Below are positions 8,679 to 18,244 of a DNA stretch of 64,000 nucleotides, piece after piece (position 1 is the first letter of the stretch; every line of letters starts with the position of its first letter). Below the pieces are notes generated by a model. It was given only the letters and a program-made list of their open reading frames with translations, ran no database searches and had not been told where the DNA came from. A program made the translations under genes and the position numbers. Location of the stretch: contig CAYGJC010000005.1 of NCBI GenBank assembly GCA_964350245.1, positions 37,974 to 101,973 of the forward strand, written 5' to 3'. Source of the stretch: an uncultured bacterium (lineage in GTDB: Bacteria; Chlamydiota; Chlamydiia; Chlamydiales; JAAKFR01).

Positions 8679-9619
8679 TACCAGTTAATCGATTGACCCG
8701 GTTTTAAAACACGAAATTGCTCGTGTGACACTTCTGAGTTCTCAAGAGCGCAATAAAGATCAAAGGGTGGACGATCCATCTCCTCACTGGCAAGGCGAAA
8801 TGTCCCCCAGTGCCCACCGATACTTAGCTTTGATCCCACATCCTTATGAATCTGTATCGATTCGAGCGGATTCACATGTACCGCTTTCATAAAGGTTCGA
8901 GGCTTATAGACGCCGATGGGAATTAAACTCAGATCCATATTCGGAAACTTATTACGTATCTCTTTAAAATCAATGTGATTGTATCCGGTATCGCCAGCAA
9001 AGTAAACCCGTTTTCCCTCTTTGAACTCGATGACACACCCCATCCAATGGGTGCTGTTTCGATCAAAAAGTCCTCGACCAGAAAAATGCTGAGCGGGAAC
9101 CGAAGTGATGTGAATGTTTTCATACTCCAGACTCTCCCACCACGTTAACTCCCTAATATTGATGGAGGGGAAGCGTCGATGAAACCACTTTTTTACCCCT
9201 GTGGGCATGATCCATAACACATCAGGATGGTTCCGCTGAAGGTTTTTGACTGTATATCGATCAAGATGGTCATAGTGGTTATGACTGATAATGATTGCAT
9301 CGAGGGGTTTAATATCATCTAGTTCAGGATGAGCGGGGTGACGTCTTTTAGGTCCAAGAAAAGGAAAGGGTGAACACCGCTCATTCCAGATTGGATCGAC
9401 TAGAATACTCTTTCCATAGGCCTGCACCCAAAAAGTGGAGTGATTAATCCACGTAACTTGGGGTAAGTTTGGATCAACAGGTTCATGAGGATTGGGGTAG
9501 GTGAAGTCAGAAGGGAGAGGGACCACTTGTAGTCGCTCTTTGTAATAGCCAAAGCGCCAGAGAAGAAAATGGACAAAACCTTTGGCGACTTTACGTTGAT
9601 GGGGGTTTTTGTATCTCAT
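8678..9619 (-). CDS. MBL-fold metallo-hydrolase (NAPE-PLD-like)
   Basis: Contains the H-x-H-x-D-H motif IISHNHYDHLD, a downstream FAGDTGY block, and a further conserved His. Confidence 0.8.
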   Translation of the reverse strand: MRYKNPHQRKVAKGFVHFLLWRFGYYKERLQVVPLPSDFTYPNPHEPVDPNLPQVTWINHSTFWVQAYGKSILVDPIWNERCSPFPFLGPKRRHPAHPELDDIKPLDAIIISHNHYDHLDRYTVKNLQRNHPDVLWIMPTGVKKWFHRRFPSINIRELTWWESLEYENIHITSVPAQHFSGRGLFDRNSTHWMGCVIEFKEGKRVYFAGDTGYNHIDFKEIRNKFPNMDLSLIPIGVYKPRTFMKAVHVNPLESIQIHKDVGSKLSIGGHWGTFRLASEEMDRPPFDLYCALENSEVSHEQFRVLKPGQSINW

Positions 9620-9701
9620 GCATCCATCGATATAACATGAAATCTAGATAGCTGCAAGCTGCGCTTTTTAAAAAAATAGGACTTCAAACCCTGATTGCTA
9701 C

Positions 9702-10628
9702 CTAAACGGTAGCTAGTTGTTTGGGGATCTGGAAAACCACATCCTCCGTGGTAAAGATCACATCTTCGACAGCATCCACACCTAACTCAATGAGACGCTC
9801 AATACAAAGCTGCACAATGTCTTCAGGTGTTGAAGCTCCGGCGGTCAATCCAATCGTTTCTACCCCTTCCATCCAATCAGATTGAATCTCATCGGGTCCG
9901 TTAATCAGATAGGCCGGAATCCCCCGCGTTGTGGCTACCTCTCGGAGTCGATTGGAATTGGAACTTGTCGGGTCTCCGACAACAAGCACAAGGTGTGTTT
10001 GATCTGTAATTTCACGCAAAGCCATCTGTCTATTAGTAGTCGCATAACAAATGGATGCGCTAGGAAGTGTCTCGATCTGAGGATAACGGGCAATCAGTGC
10101 CTTAGTTACATCAGAGACATCGTCCAAACTAAGAGTCGTTTGCGTTACATAAAAAAGTTTGTCTTCCGTTGTAAAAGGGAGATTTTCAACATCAGAAACC
10201 GACTCAACAATTGTCGTCTGGTCGGGAGCCTCACCAGCCGTTCCAATGATCTCAACATGAGTGCGGTGTCCAATGAGGATAATGTGGTACCCTTTACCTG
10301 CAAAGCGTTTGGCAGCTGAGTGCACTTTAGTCACAAGACCACATGTGGCATCAATCTCAATCAATCCCCTACGCTTGGCTTCATCGCGGACAGAAGGCGG
10401 TACCCCGTGCGCTGAATAGATCAAACGCGAGCCGCTCGGTACATCAGCTAAATCTTCGATAAAGATGGCGCCTTTTTTACGTAAGCCCTCCACAACATGG
10501 CGATTGTGTACAATCTCATGCTTCACGTAAATAGGGGGCCCCCACTTTTCAAGCGCTTTTTCAACTATTTCAATGGCGCGCACAACACCCGCACAAAAAC
10601 CACGAGGCTTAGAGAGAAGTAATTTCAT
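9702..10628 (-). CDS. ispH: 4-hydroxy-3-methylbut-2-enyl diphosphate reductase
   Basis: N-terminus PRGFCAGVVRAIEIVEKAL...VKHEIVHNRHVV, plus the conserved Cys and SSNSNRL motifs of IspH/LytB. Confidence 0.95.
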   Translation of the reverse strand: MKLLLSKPRGFCAGVVRAIEIVEKALEKWGPPIYVKHEIVHNRHVVEGLRKKGAIFIEDLADVPSGSRLIYSAHGVPPSVRDEAKRRGLIEIDATCGLVTKVHSAAKRFAGKGYHIILIGHRTHVEIIGTAGEAPDQTTIVESVSDVENLPFTTEDKLFYVTQTTLSLDDVSDVTKALIARYPQIETLPSASICYATTNRQMALREITDQTHLVLVVGDPTSSNSNRLREVATTRGIPAYLINGPDEIQSDWMEGVETIGLTAGASTPEDIVQLCIERLIELGVDAVEDVIFTTEDVVFQIPKQLATV

Positions 10629-10641
10629 GCAAGGGACCCTA

Positions 10642-12384
10642 TCACTTTTGGATTAACAATTCAATTTCTTCTAAAATTCGATCCGCATAAGGTTGGTAAT
10701 TACTTTGAAGATCCTCTACACTTAAGTGATAGACAACATCAGGCTTCACACCTAGATTCTCGATTGGGTTGCTATCGGCGCGCTCAGCGTGCGAGCCAGT
10801 TAGCACAAATCCTTTGATACCTGAGTGGTTGGGAAAAGAGGTACTCAAAACATACCCCCCGGCACCCGCTGTTCGAGTTCCCATCAAACGTGCGCGCTTG
10901 CTATCTTGAAGGATAGCAGGGAAAAAGTCGCCTCCGGAAAAATTCAAGCTATTTACAAGTAAAAGAATCGGTTTTTTATAGCGATAGCGCGGATGGGGTT
11001 TAATCATATCGACCCCAAAAAGATGTGTGGGCTCAGTGTACAGATTGCCTTGACTCCACTGATCAATTAAAAAATGGCAGAAACGGCGCATGAGATACAC
11101 AAACTCATAGTTGACCGGATAGCCTCCTACCTCTTCTCCTAAAACAGAGCGCGCCGAAGAGTCATCTCTTACGTGCTCCAAATAGGGAAGTAAAAATAGA
11201 GCTGTGTGTACCTCTTCTTGAGTCAAAGAGATGCGGTGTTTGGGAGCCGAAATCGGTTTATCCGTTAAAGTAGAAGCAAGAGCATAAAGATAAAAAACCG
11301 AGCCTCCTGGGTTGTTGATCTGATCAATCACAAGGGCGTCTGTTCTTCTTTGAAAGTAGTTCATGATCTGTCCAAACTCTTCTAATTCCTCACTATCACC
11401 CATGTAATGAGGAAGACGAATATAGCCAATGCGCTTGCCTAATTCAGTCTCGAAAATATAGGCATCGAAAATCCAATCGGAACCTGTTTTCCAGAGTTTC
11501 CTACCTAAGGAGGGAAGGTAGCTTGAGCGTGCGCCCAATGTATGCGGACTCATCTGAGTATCCGTCCCTACATAGGAGCGATCCCAGCTATGGAATACCA
11601 TGAACTTATCAAGGAATTGACTCGTTCTCAAAGTCGCTCGGAGATCGCCTTTTTCAATGGACAAAGGAGCTTCGCAGAAGGAGTTTAGCCCCAGCTTAGA
11701 AAAATCCCGAATCTTTTCGGGCACATAGTCCCATTCTAAAGTCGCTACAATCTCCTCTTGGGTATCCTTTTTTAGACCTGTAATTTCGATAGGTCCACGC
11801 GGAATATGATGCCCCATTGCCCCGTGTCGATGGGTAAGAGACATCTCAGCTAGCGCCTGATCGGTTTCCAGTGTGTTCATCCCATATTCATTGACTCTAA
11901 GCTCTTCAATCACCTCACCCACCGGTTCTCCACCAAAGGTGAGAATTTCGTCTCCCTCTTCAAAGGGAAAGTCATGGCAGAAAAACAGACTGTGGTCCAC
12001 ATCACAAACAAAATAGCGGTCTTCAGCCCCCTTTACAACAAAGGGAAGTGAGGCGCCTTCTGTGGAGTAAAAACGGACCCCAACATGGTAATCCCGAGTG
12101 GAGTTAAAAAAGTCACGGATCACCACTTGACACTCTTTTAAGCTGGGATTGGACAGCGATTGGATTCTGCTTTTTGCCTCTTCGATGGCCTCGTCTAAAT
12201 CCCAATTGGCAAATTGTTTTTTCCACTTTGTTGGAGCATATTTTACATCAAAGACATTGCGAATAGTCTCTAAATCAGCAAGAACGCGCCTCTTAGTTAA
12301 CGATTGAAAGTCCGAAGAAGCAAAGCATGGGCCCGTTAGCAAGATAAGCGCTAAAACAGTTGAAAAGGCACGTTGGATCCGCAT
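10642..12384 (-). CDS. S41-family peptidase, CPAF-like (secreted)
   Basis: About 580 aa from the ATG at 12384, with signal peptide MRIQRAFSTVLALILLTGPCFASS. S41 block DQINNPGGSVFYLYAL. Its size and position next to ispH match chlamydial CPAF (CT858). The ORF-track start at 12447 is a TTG. Confidence 0.75.
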   Translation of the reverse strand: MRIQRAFSTVLALILLTGPCFASSDFQSLTKRRVLADLETIRNVFDVKYAPTKWKKQFANWDLDEAIEEAKSRIQSLSNPSLKECQVVIRDFFNSTRDYHVGVRFYSTEGASLPFVVKGAEDRYFVCDVDHSLFFCHDFPFEEGDEILTFGGEPVGEVIEELRVNEYGMNTLETDQALAEMSLTHRHGAMGHHIPRGPIEITGLKKDTQEEIVATLEWDYVPEKIRDFSKLGLNSFCEAPLSIEKGDLRATLRTSQFLDKFMVFHSWDRSYVGTDTQMSPHTLGARSSYLPSLGRKLWKTGSDWIFDAYIFETELGKRIGYIRLPHYMGDSEELEEFGQIMNYFQRRTDALVIDQINNPGGSVFYLYALASTLTDKPISAPKHRISLTQEEVHTALFLLPYLEHVRDDSSARSVLGEEVGGYPVNYEFVYLMRRFCHFLIDQWSQGNLYTEPTHLFGVDMIKPHPRYRYKKPILLLVNSLNFSGGDFFPAILQDSKRARLMGTRTAGAGGYVLSTSFPNHSGIKGFVLTGSHAERADSNPIENLGVKPDVVYHLSVEDLQSNYQPYADRILEEIELLIQK

Positions 12385-12544
12385 CAGTTTACCTATAGAG
12401 TTAAAGATAAGATGAACAGGGTGCCTTAAGAATCTTTTAAATGTCAATTAGATAAACAAAATCAATGAGGTCTGAATAGTAAATTTTTTATTAGATCAAA
12501 AAATCCCGTGAAAAAATGAGGGAGATTTCATATGATGCTACACC

Positions 12545-14176
12545 ATGCATTTTCTACTTATCGCTTGTGTGATTCTCTCGACCTTTTGCAATGGGTGTCA
12601 TTCTCAACCATCAGCCACACCCCACACCCATTCCGGCAAGCAAACTCTTAGATTTAACTCACACAGTGAGCCCTCTTCACTTGACCCACGTCTTGTGCGT
12701 GACCTCCCCTCCATCACAACGAGTAAAATGCTATTCGATGGTCTCACACGTATGTATGAAACAGGACCTGAACTCTCTATTGCAAAGAGTGTAACCATTT
12801 CGGATGACGAAAAAACCTATACCTTCTCCTTAAAAGAAACTTTTTGGACCAACGGCAAGCCTGTTACTGCCTATGATTTTGAATACGCCTGGAAATCCAT
12901 TTTAGACCCTAGATTTCCCGCTGAGTTTGCGCATCAACTCTTTTCTATTGAACAGGCAGCAGCGGCAAAAAAAGGAGAAGTCCCCATTGACTCTGTAGGT
13001 GTCACCGCTGTTGACGCGCAAACCCTTGTTGTGCACCTGCGTTACCCCAATCCCTACTTCCTGCAGATTACCGCTCTTCCGATTTGCTATCCTATCTGTC
13101 AATCTGTTGTGGAAGAGCAGCCAAACTGGGCAAGCGCACAAGCTGAAGCTTTTGTTAGCAATGGACCTTTTCAACTTGTTCACTGGAAACATGGAAGTGA
13201 ACTTAGGGTTTGTAAAAACGCCAGCTACTGGGATCGGGAAGCGGTTCAACTCGACTCCATAGTTATGAGTCTTATCGAAGATGAACATACCGAGCTCAAT
13301 ATGTATGAAAATGGGGAGCTCGACTGGGCAGGATCACCCAATTCCAGCATCCCTCCAGAAGCGCTTCCCAGTTTAAAGCAATTTTGCCGCGACGAACTTT
13401 TCATCAAACCGATTGCAGGGACTTATTGCCTAAAATTCAACACGAAAGAGCCTCCCTTTCACAATCCGAAAATCCGGCAAGCCTTCGCCTCATCCATCCA
13501 CCGTCTCTCTTTGATAGAAAATGTTTTACAAGCCGAGCAGCAGATTGCAACGGCTCTTTTACCTCCATGCATGCGGCCGAAAGAACTCACAATCCCCTCT
13601 GTTTCTTTTCAGGATGGCGATCAAGCACACGCTCTCAATTTATTTGAAGAGGCCTTGGTTGAAGAGGGGTGGACGCGAGAAATGCTTCCCCCCATCACTC
13701 TCATGTTCAGCCGCAGCGAAAAGCATCAAAAAACGGCTCAAGCAATTCAACAGGCTTGGAATCAAGCATTTGGAATTAAAGTACAGCTTCAAAGCTATGA
13801 ATGGAATACCTTTATTGACCGTTTGGCCAAACATCACTACCAGGTAGGAGGACGAGGATGGGTCAGTGATCTTCTTGATCCATTGGCCTTATTGGACTTG
13901 TATAAATTTACCAACGAATCCGAACTGGGAGGGAACAACGATACCCAATGGCAAGACTCTCATTTTGTTCAGCTTCTTGACGAGGCAATCGCCTCAGTTG
14001 ATGTGGTCAAACGCAACCAATTGCTAGCCCAGGCGGAAGCCATCTTAATGCGAGACTTCCCTATTGCTCCTCTCTACCACTCCACAGCCTGCTATCTGAA
14101 AAAGCCTTATGTCAAGGAGGTCTACCTCTCCGAACTTTGTGATCTTGACTTTAAACATGCCTATATTGAACGGTAG
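12545..14176 (+). CDS. Peptide ABC transporter substrate-binding lipoprotein (family 5, OppA/DppA-like)
   Basis: Signal peptide with Cys (MHFLLIACVILSTFCNGC). Family-5 SBP blocks are present (LDPRLVRD..., LFDGLTR, TFSLKETFWTNGKPVTAYDF). Confidence 0.85.
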   Translation: MHFLLIACVILSTFCNGCHSQPSATPHTHSGKQTLRFNSHSEPSSLDPRLVRDLPSITTSKMLFDGLTRMYETGPELSIAKSVTISDDEKTYTFSLKETFWTNGKPVTAYDFEYAWKSILDPRFPAEFAHQLFSIEQAAAAKKGEVPIDSVGVTAVDAQTLVVHLRYPNPYFLQITALPICYPICQSVVEEQPNWASAQAEAFVSNGPFQLVHWKHGSELRVCKNASYWDREAVQLDSIVMSLIEDEHTELNMYENGELDWAGSPNSSIPPEALPSLKQFCRDELFIKPIAGTYCLKFNTKEPPFHNPKIRQAFASSIHRLSLIENVLQAEQQIATALLPPCMRPKELTIPSVSFQDGDQAHALNLFEEALVEEGWTREMLPPITLMFSRSEKHQKTAQAIQQAWNQAFGIKVQLQSYEWNTFIDRLAKHHYQVGGRGWVSDLLDPLALLDLYKFTNESELGGNNDTQWQDSHFVQLLDEAIASVDVVKRNQLLAQAEAILMRDFPIAPLYHSTACYLKKPYVKEVYLSELCDLDFKHAYIER

Positions 14177-14196
14177 GTGAAAAAGAAGGTCACGAA

Positions 14197-14526
14197 ATGA
14201 AGTTAGCAAAAAAGAAATGTGTCGCCTGCGAGGCAGGTGTCCCCCCTCTTGAAGGGAAGGCATTGGAATCTTTTTCTAGTCAGCTCATGGGATGGCACCT
14301 GGTTCACGAGCACCATCTAGAAAAAGAGTTTCATTTCACCAATTTTACTGAGGCTTTGGCCTTTGCCAATGAGGTGGGGCGCGTTGCTGAGGAAGAGCAG
14401 CACCATCCTGATATCCATCTCTCCTGGGGAAAGGTCCGCATCGTTCTTTGGACGCACAAAATCAATGGATTGAGTGAAAACGACTTCATACTGGCTGCCA
14501 AGATAGATCTACTTAATAAAAAATAG
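14197..14526 (+). CDS. Pterin-4-alpha-carbinolamine dehydratase
   Basis: 109 aa with the EEQHHPDI...W core of PCD/DCoH. Confidence 0.85.
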   Translation: MKLAKKKCVACEAGVPPLEGKALESFSSQLMGWHLVHEHHLEKEFHFTNFTEALAFANEVGRVAEEEQHHPDIHLSWGKVRIVLWTHKINGLSENDFILAAKIDLLNKK

Positions 14527-15802
14527 GGCTGAGCAAGAAAAAAGCGATAAGACCGGCGATGTAGCCAACCAGGGCAATCCACGCAATTTTTTTCATGTAC
14601 CAAATGAAGTCCACCTTCTCAATTCCCATAAAGGCCACCCCGGCCGCAGAACCGATAATCAAGATGCTACCTCCCGTTCCGGCTGCATAGGCAATCAACT
14701 GCCACAGTTGAGAATCAATCGGATAGACCTGCATATCATACATTCCCATTGTGGCCGCCACAAGTGGGACATTATCAACAACGCTCGAGATCAAACCTAT
14801 GAGGACAGCCACATAATTTTGATTCGGGAGAGTCTGCTGCAGATAGACGGCTAACTCTTGCAAAATGCCTGCTGTTGCCAATGCGTCAATAGCCAGCAAA
14901 ATTCCCAAAAAGAAGAGGATCCCTGAGGTGTCGATTTTCGTCAGAACATGAACGACACGCAGGTGCCACCTCCCCTCTCCATAACGGAAGTGGATGATGT
15001 CGGTGACAAGCCACAAAATTCCCAAGCCGATCAGAGCGCCCATGAAGGGGGGAAGCCCCAATGCAGCTTTCCAAATCGGAATCATAAGCAGAGCCGCGAT
15101 CCCCATAAAAAGAACACGCCTAGCCCCCGGCTGCATCTGCAGGGTGAAGGTGCTTTGAACCGGCTCATTGTCTCCCTTAATAAGAAACGTGGCAATCAAC
15201 CCGGAAACCGCACAACAAACAACAGAGGGAATAAAAAGAACCTTAATCGTCTGCCAGGTGGTGATCTTATCATTAATCCAGAGCATGGTCGTGGTCACAT
15301 CCCCAATCGGAGTCCAAGCGCCACCTGCATTGACCGCAATCACAATGATCGAGCCCAGCATCCACCGGTCTTTGGGGTTTTTCACCATTTTTTTCAAAAG
15401 GGAGGCCATCACAATCATAGAGGTGAGATTGTCCAAACTCGCCGACATGAAAAAAGAGACTCCAATCAAAAACCAGAGCATTCTACGCTTAGAAGAGGTA
15501 TAGAGAATGTCTGTGATCAACTTAAAGCCGTGATGCGAGTCGATTAGCTCGACGATGATCATGGCCGCAAGAAGGAAAAAGATAATTTGAGCCACATCTG
15601 AGACATGCTCAGCCATCATACCGGTAGAAATGCCTGTTTGCGTATCAGCGAAATAAAGAATCCAACACACAACCCCCATAACAAGAGCTACCGCCGCTTT
15701 GTTGACATGCAAGAAATTTTCAAAAATAATGGCTAGATAACCAAGAGAGAAGAAGATGAGAAGTTCAAGATGAAGCATGCGATCCAAAAGGTTTTGCATC
15801 AT
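14513..15802 (-). CDS. NhaD/ArsB-superfamily Na+/H+ antiporter
   Basis: 429 aa polytopic membrane protein with NhaD-like blocks (SASLDNLTSMIVM, VNAGGAWTPIGDVTTTMLW, SSVVDNVPLVA). Confidence 0.8.
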   Translation of the reverse strand: MMQNLLDRMLHLELLIFFSLGYLAIIFENFLHVNKAAVALVMGVVCWILYFADTQTGISTGMMAEHVSDVAQIIFFLLAAMIIVELIDSHHGFKLITDILYTSSKRRMLWFLIGVSFFMSASLDNLTSMIVMASLLKKMVKNPKDRWMLGSIIVIAVNAGGAWTPIGDVTTTMLWINDKITTWQTIKVLFIPSVVCCAVSGLIATFLIKGDNEPVQSTFTLQMQPGARRVLFMGIAALLMIPIWKAALGLPPFMGALIGLGILWLVTDIIHFRYGEGRWHLRVVHVLTKIDTSGILFFLGILLAIDALATAGILQELAVYLQQTLPNQNYVAVLIGLISSVVDNVPLVAATMGMYDMQVYPIDSQLWQLIAYAAGTGGSILIIGSAAGVAFMGIEKVDFIWYMKKIAWIALVGYIAGLIAFFLLSPIFY

Positions 15803-15871
15803 CTTAGACGATTGAACAATTTTGAGGAAACTGAACGTTTACATTGACAAGCGTCCGAATGATAGTGGAAA

Positions 15872-17626
15872 ATGAGGGCACTTGGTCTGAATAAAATGCC
15901 CAATCAACTATCGCGATCAAAACGTTTTAAATCCTTTATCCCTAAGTCAGTTCAGTGTCTTAGAGAGGGCTACACGCTACCAGGGCTGCGTAAAGACCTG
16001 ATCGCGGGAATCTCAGTAGCTGTGATCGCCTTTCCCATCGCCTTAGCCGTCGCTATTGGTGCAGATATTCCACCTGAGCGTGGTCTATTTACGGCTATTG
16101 TAGCCGGATTTTTGATTTCTCTGCTTGGAGGGAGTCGCGTTCAAGTCGGTGGACCGAGTAGCACGTTTATCGTGATTCTCTATGGGATCATGCTCCGCCA
16201 CGGCTTTGAAGGGATGCTTCTCGCCACCATGATGGCGGGAGTCATTCTGATCTTTTTTGGTTTTGCCGGGCTAGGCACCTACATCAAATACATTCCTTAT
16301 CCCGTTGTCACCGGTTTAACAACAGGGATTGCAGTCGTGATCTTCTCTTCACAGATCAAGGAATTTCTTGGCCTACACATGGGAAATGTCCCTATTGATT
16401 TTGTAGGAAAATGGCAGTCGTATTGGGAACACCTAGGCTCATGGGATCCTAAAGCATTCGCGCTTGGAATGGGAACATTGGCTATTATTGTCTATTTTCG
16501 CAGATTCAAGCCTCGTCTTCCAGGGGTGCTCATTGCACTTGTCGCAGTGGGGTTGATCACGTGGCTCTTCCAGATCGATGTACCGACGATAGGCAGCCGC
16601 TACGGCTCTTTACCTCGCACCCTTCCAACACCTAGTTTTCCTGCTTTTGAATTTGGGCGGATGCTCAATTTGGTTCCCGACGCTTTAACCATTGCTCTTT
16701 TGGCCGGAATGGAATCGCTGCTAGCAGCGGTCGTCTCCGAAGGGATGACAGGATGGCGCCACCAGTCTAACTGCGAGCTTGTCGCTCAGGGAATAGCAAA
16801 CATTGGTTCCGCACTTTTTGGCGGAATGCCAGCCACAGGCTCCTTGTCACGCACAGCTGCAAACATCAAATCGGGCGCCTCAACTCCTGTTGCCGGCATG
16901 GTGCACGCGGCTTTTATTTTTCTGATCATGTTTCTGTTCGCCCCTCTTGCAATGAAGTTACCTCTTTCTGCCCTTGCAGCAGTGCTTCTGATCATCGCGT
17001 GGAACATGAGCGAAATTCACCACTTTCTTCACCTCTTCACCGCTCCAAAAAAAGATGTGGTGGTGCTCATCACCGTCTTTATTCTCACCGTTTTGATTAA
17101 CATCACTGCAGCTGTTCAGGTCGGCATGATTTTAGCTGCTTTTCTTTTTATGAAGCAGATGAGCGATCTTTCAGACGTAGTAGCGACAACGCAGTACTTT
17201 GAGGAAAATGGCGAGGATGTTGAAAGGGCCTACCGTGACCCTGATTCTATTAGCCGAAAAGAAGTCCCGGAAGGAGTGGAAGTTTATGAGATCAATGGTC
17301 CCTTCTTTTTTGGGGTGGCCGACAGATTAAAAAATGTCTTCAATGAACTTTCGCGTCCACCCAAAATCTTTATCCTACGGATGCGGCGCGTGCCCACAAT
17401 TGATGCCTCGGGCATGCACGCACTGGAAGAGTTTTTCACTGAGTGCAGGCGTCAGGGAACTCTACTCCTTTTGGCGGGTGTCAAGAAAGGACCTTTGCGC
17501 GATTTGAGACGTTATCATCTCGATGAGCTCATTGGCGAAGACCATATTTTCTCCCACATCAACTCTGCACTTGAGTTTTCTAGAGAATTACTGAGGGTAG
17601 AGAAATTCAAAAAAGCGATGCGTTAA
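15872..17626 (+). CDS. SulP-family anion permease with C-terminal STAS domain
   Basis: DLIAGISVAVIAFPIALAVAIGA and GGMPATGSLSRTAANIKSGA motifs, plus a C-terminal STAS domain (VYEINGPFFFGVA...IDASGMHALEE). Confidence 0.9.
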   Translation: MRALGLNKMPNQLSRSKRFKSFIPKSVQCLREGYTLPGLRKDLIAGISVAVIAFPIALAVAIGADIPPERGLFTAIVAGFLISLLGGSRVQVGGPSSTFIVILYGIMLRHGFEGMLLATMMAGVILIFFGFAGLGTYIKYIPYPVVTGLTTGIAVVIFSSQIKEFLGLHMGNVPIDFVGKWQSYWEHLGSWDPKAFALGMGTLAIIVYFRRFKPRLPGVLIALVAVGLITWLFQIDVPTIGSRYGSLPRTLPTPSFPAFEFGRMLNLVPDALTIALLAGMESLLAAVVSEGMTGWRHQSNCELVAQGIANIGSALFGGMPATGSLSRTAANIKSGASTPVAGMVHAAFIFLIMFLFAPLAMKLPLSALAAVLLIIAWNMSEIHHFLHLFTAPKKDVVVLITVFILTVLINITAAVQVGMILAAFLFMKQMSDLSDVVATTQYFEENGEDVERAYRDPDSISRKEVPEGVEVYEINGPFFFGVADRLKNVFNELSRPPKIFILRMRRVPTIDASGMHALEEFFTECRRQGTLLLLAGVKKGPLRDLRRYHLDELIGEDHIFSHINSALEFSRELLRVEKFKKAMR

Positions 17627-17796
17627 TGCAAGCTAATACCACTAGCTGCAACTATACGGCTGCTAAGCGAGTATATTTACTAACTAATAGATCTTCGAGA
17701 TCATGCTGAGATAAACGGCCTGCTTGTCGAGACAAAACCCGAAGCCGGTCGACAAAAGATCCCTATAAAAGATTAAAGACTTTTGCAGTCAGATAC

Positions 17797-18207
17797 TTAG
17801 ATAAAGGGGCCGGGTGTATAACAACCACAGATTTTAGGTTCAAGGGACCTATCCACAGATGTATGCGTTTTAACAATGACCTTATTAGGCTTCTCGACAA
17901 CAGCTTTAATATACTGTTGCTTCCAGCCGATTCTGGGTTCTACAGAAACATTGACTTTACTTTGCGCACATAGTGCTTTCCATAATGATTTTTCTGCACT
18001 CACAGCACGCCATCTTCGAGAAACACACGCTTGTTTACCCAAATCAGAAGCCGTTACACAAGAAAAAATCCGAACCAACAGTTCATCTGAAAGCTCAGGG
18101 AATGGATTAGAAGCCATATTCCTCATCTCCCTCTCAGGTGTAACTTTTTGCGATTCATGTTCAGATGAACCCAATGCCTGTACAGCGCTACTAGGACTTA
18201 CACTCAT
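17797..18207 (-). CDS. F-box domain protein (eukaryote-like, candidate effector)
   Basis: LSDELLVRIFSCVTASDLGKQACVSRRWRAVSAEKSLWKAL matches the F-box consensus (L-x-x-E-[LI]L-x-x-IF...L...V[CS]-[KR]-RW). The ATG at 18207 is preceded by GAAAGGAGGTCAAT. The ORF-track start at 18279 would overlap fumC. Confidence 0.75.
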   Translation of the reverse strand: MSVSPSSAVQALGSSEHESQKVTPEREMRNMASNPFPELSDELLVRIFSCVTASDLGKQACVSRRWRAVSAEKSLWKALCAQSKVNVSVEPRIGWKQQYIKAVVEKPNKVIVKTHTSVDRSLEPKICGCYTPGPFI

Positions 18208-18244
18208 ATTGACCTCCTTTCTGCTTTTACAAGATGACAAAAGA

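Noticed and set aside
14948-15547. Long antisense ORFs opposite well-supported genes. This one lies opposite the NhaD gene. Others are 17876-18412 opposite the F-box gene and fumC, 3797-4207, 46224-46622 opposite ftsH, 56041-56853 opposite tdk, and 32917-33345 opposite astB.
   Set aside because: These are shadow ORFs with low-complexity or unusual composition (R/H/N/P-rich), no start context and no recognisable motifs. The opposite-strand genes have clear family signatures.
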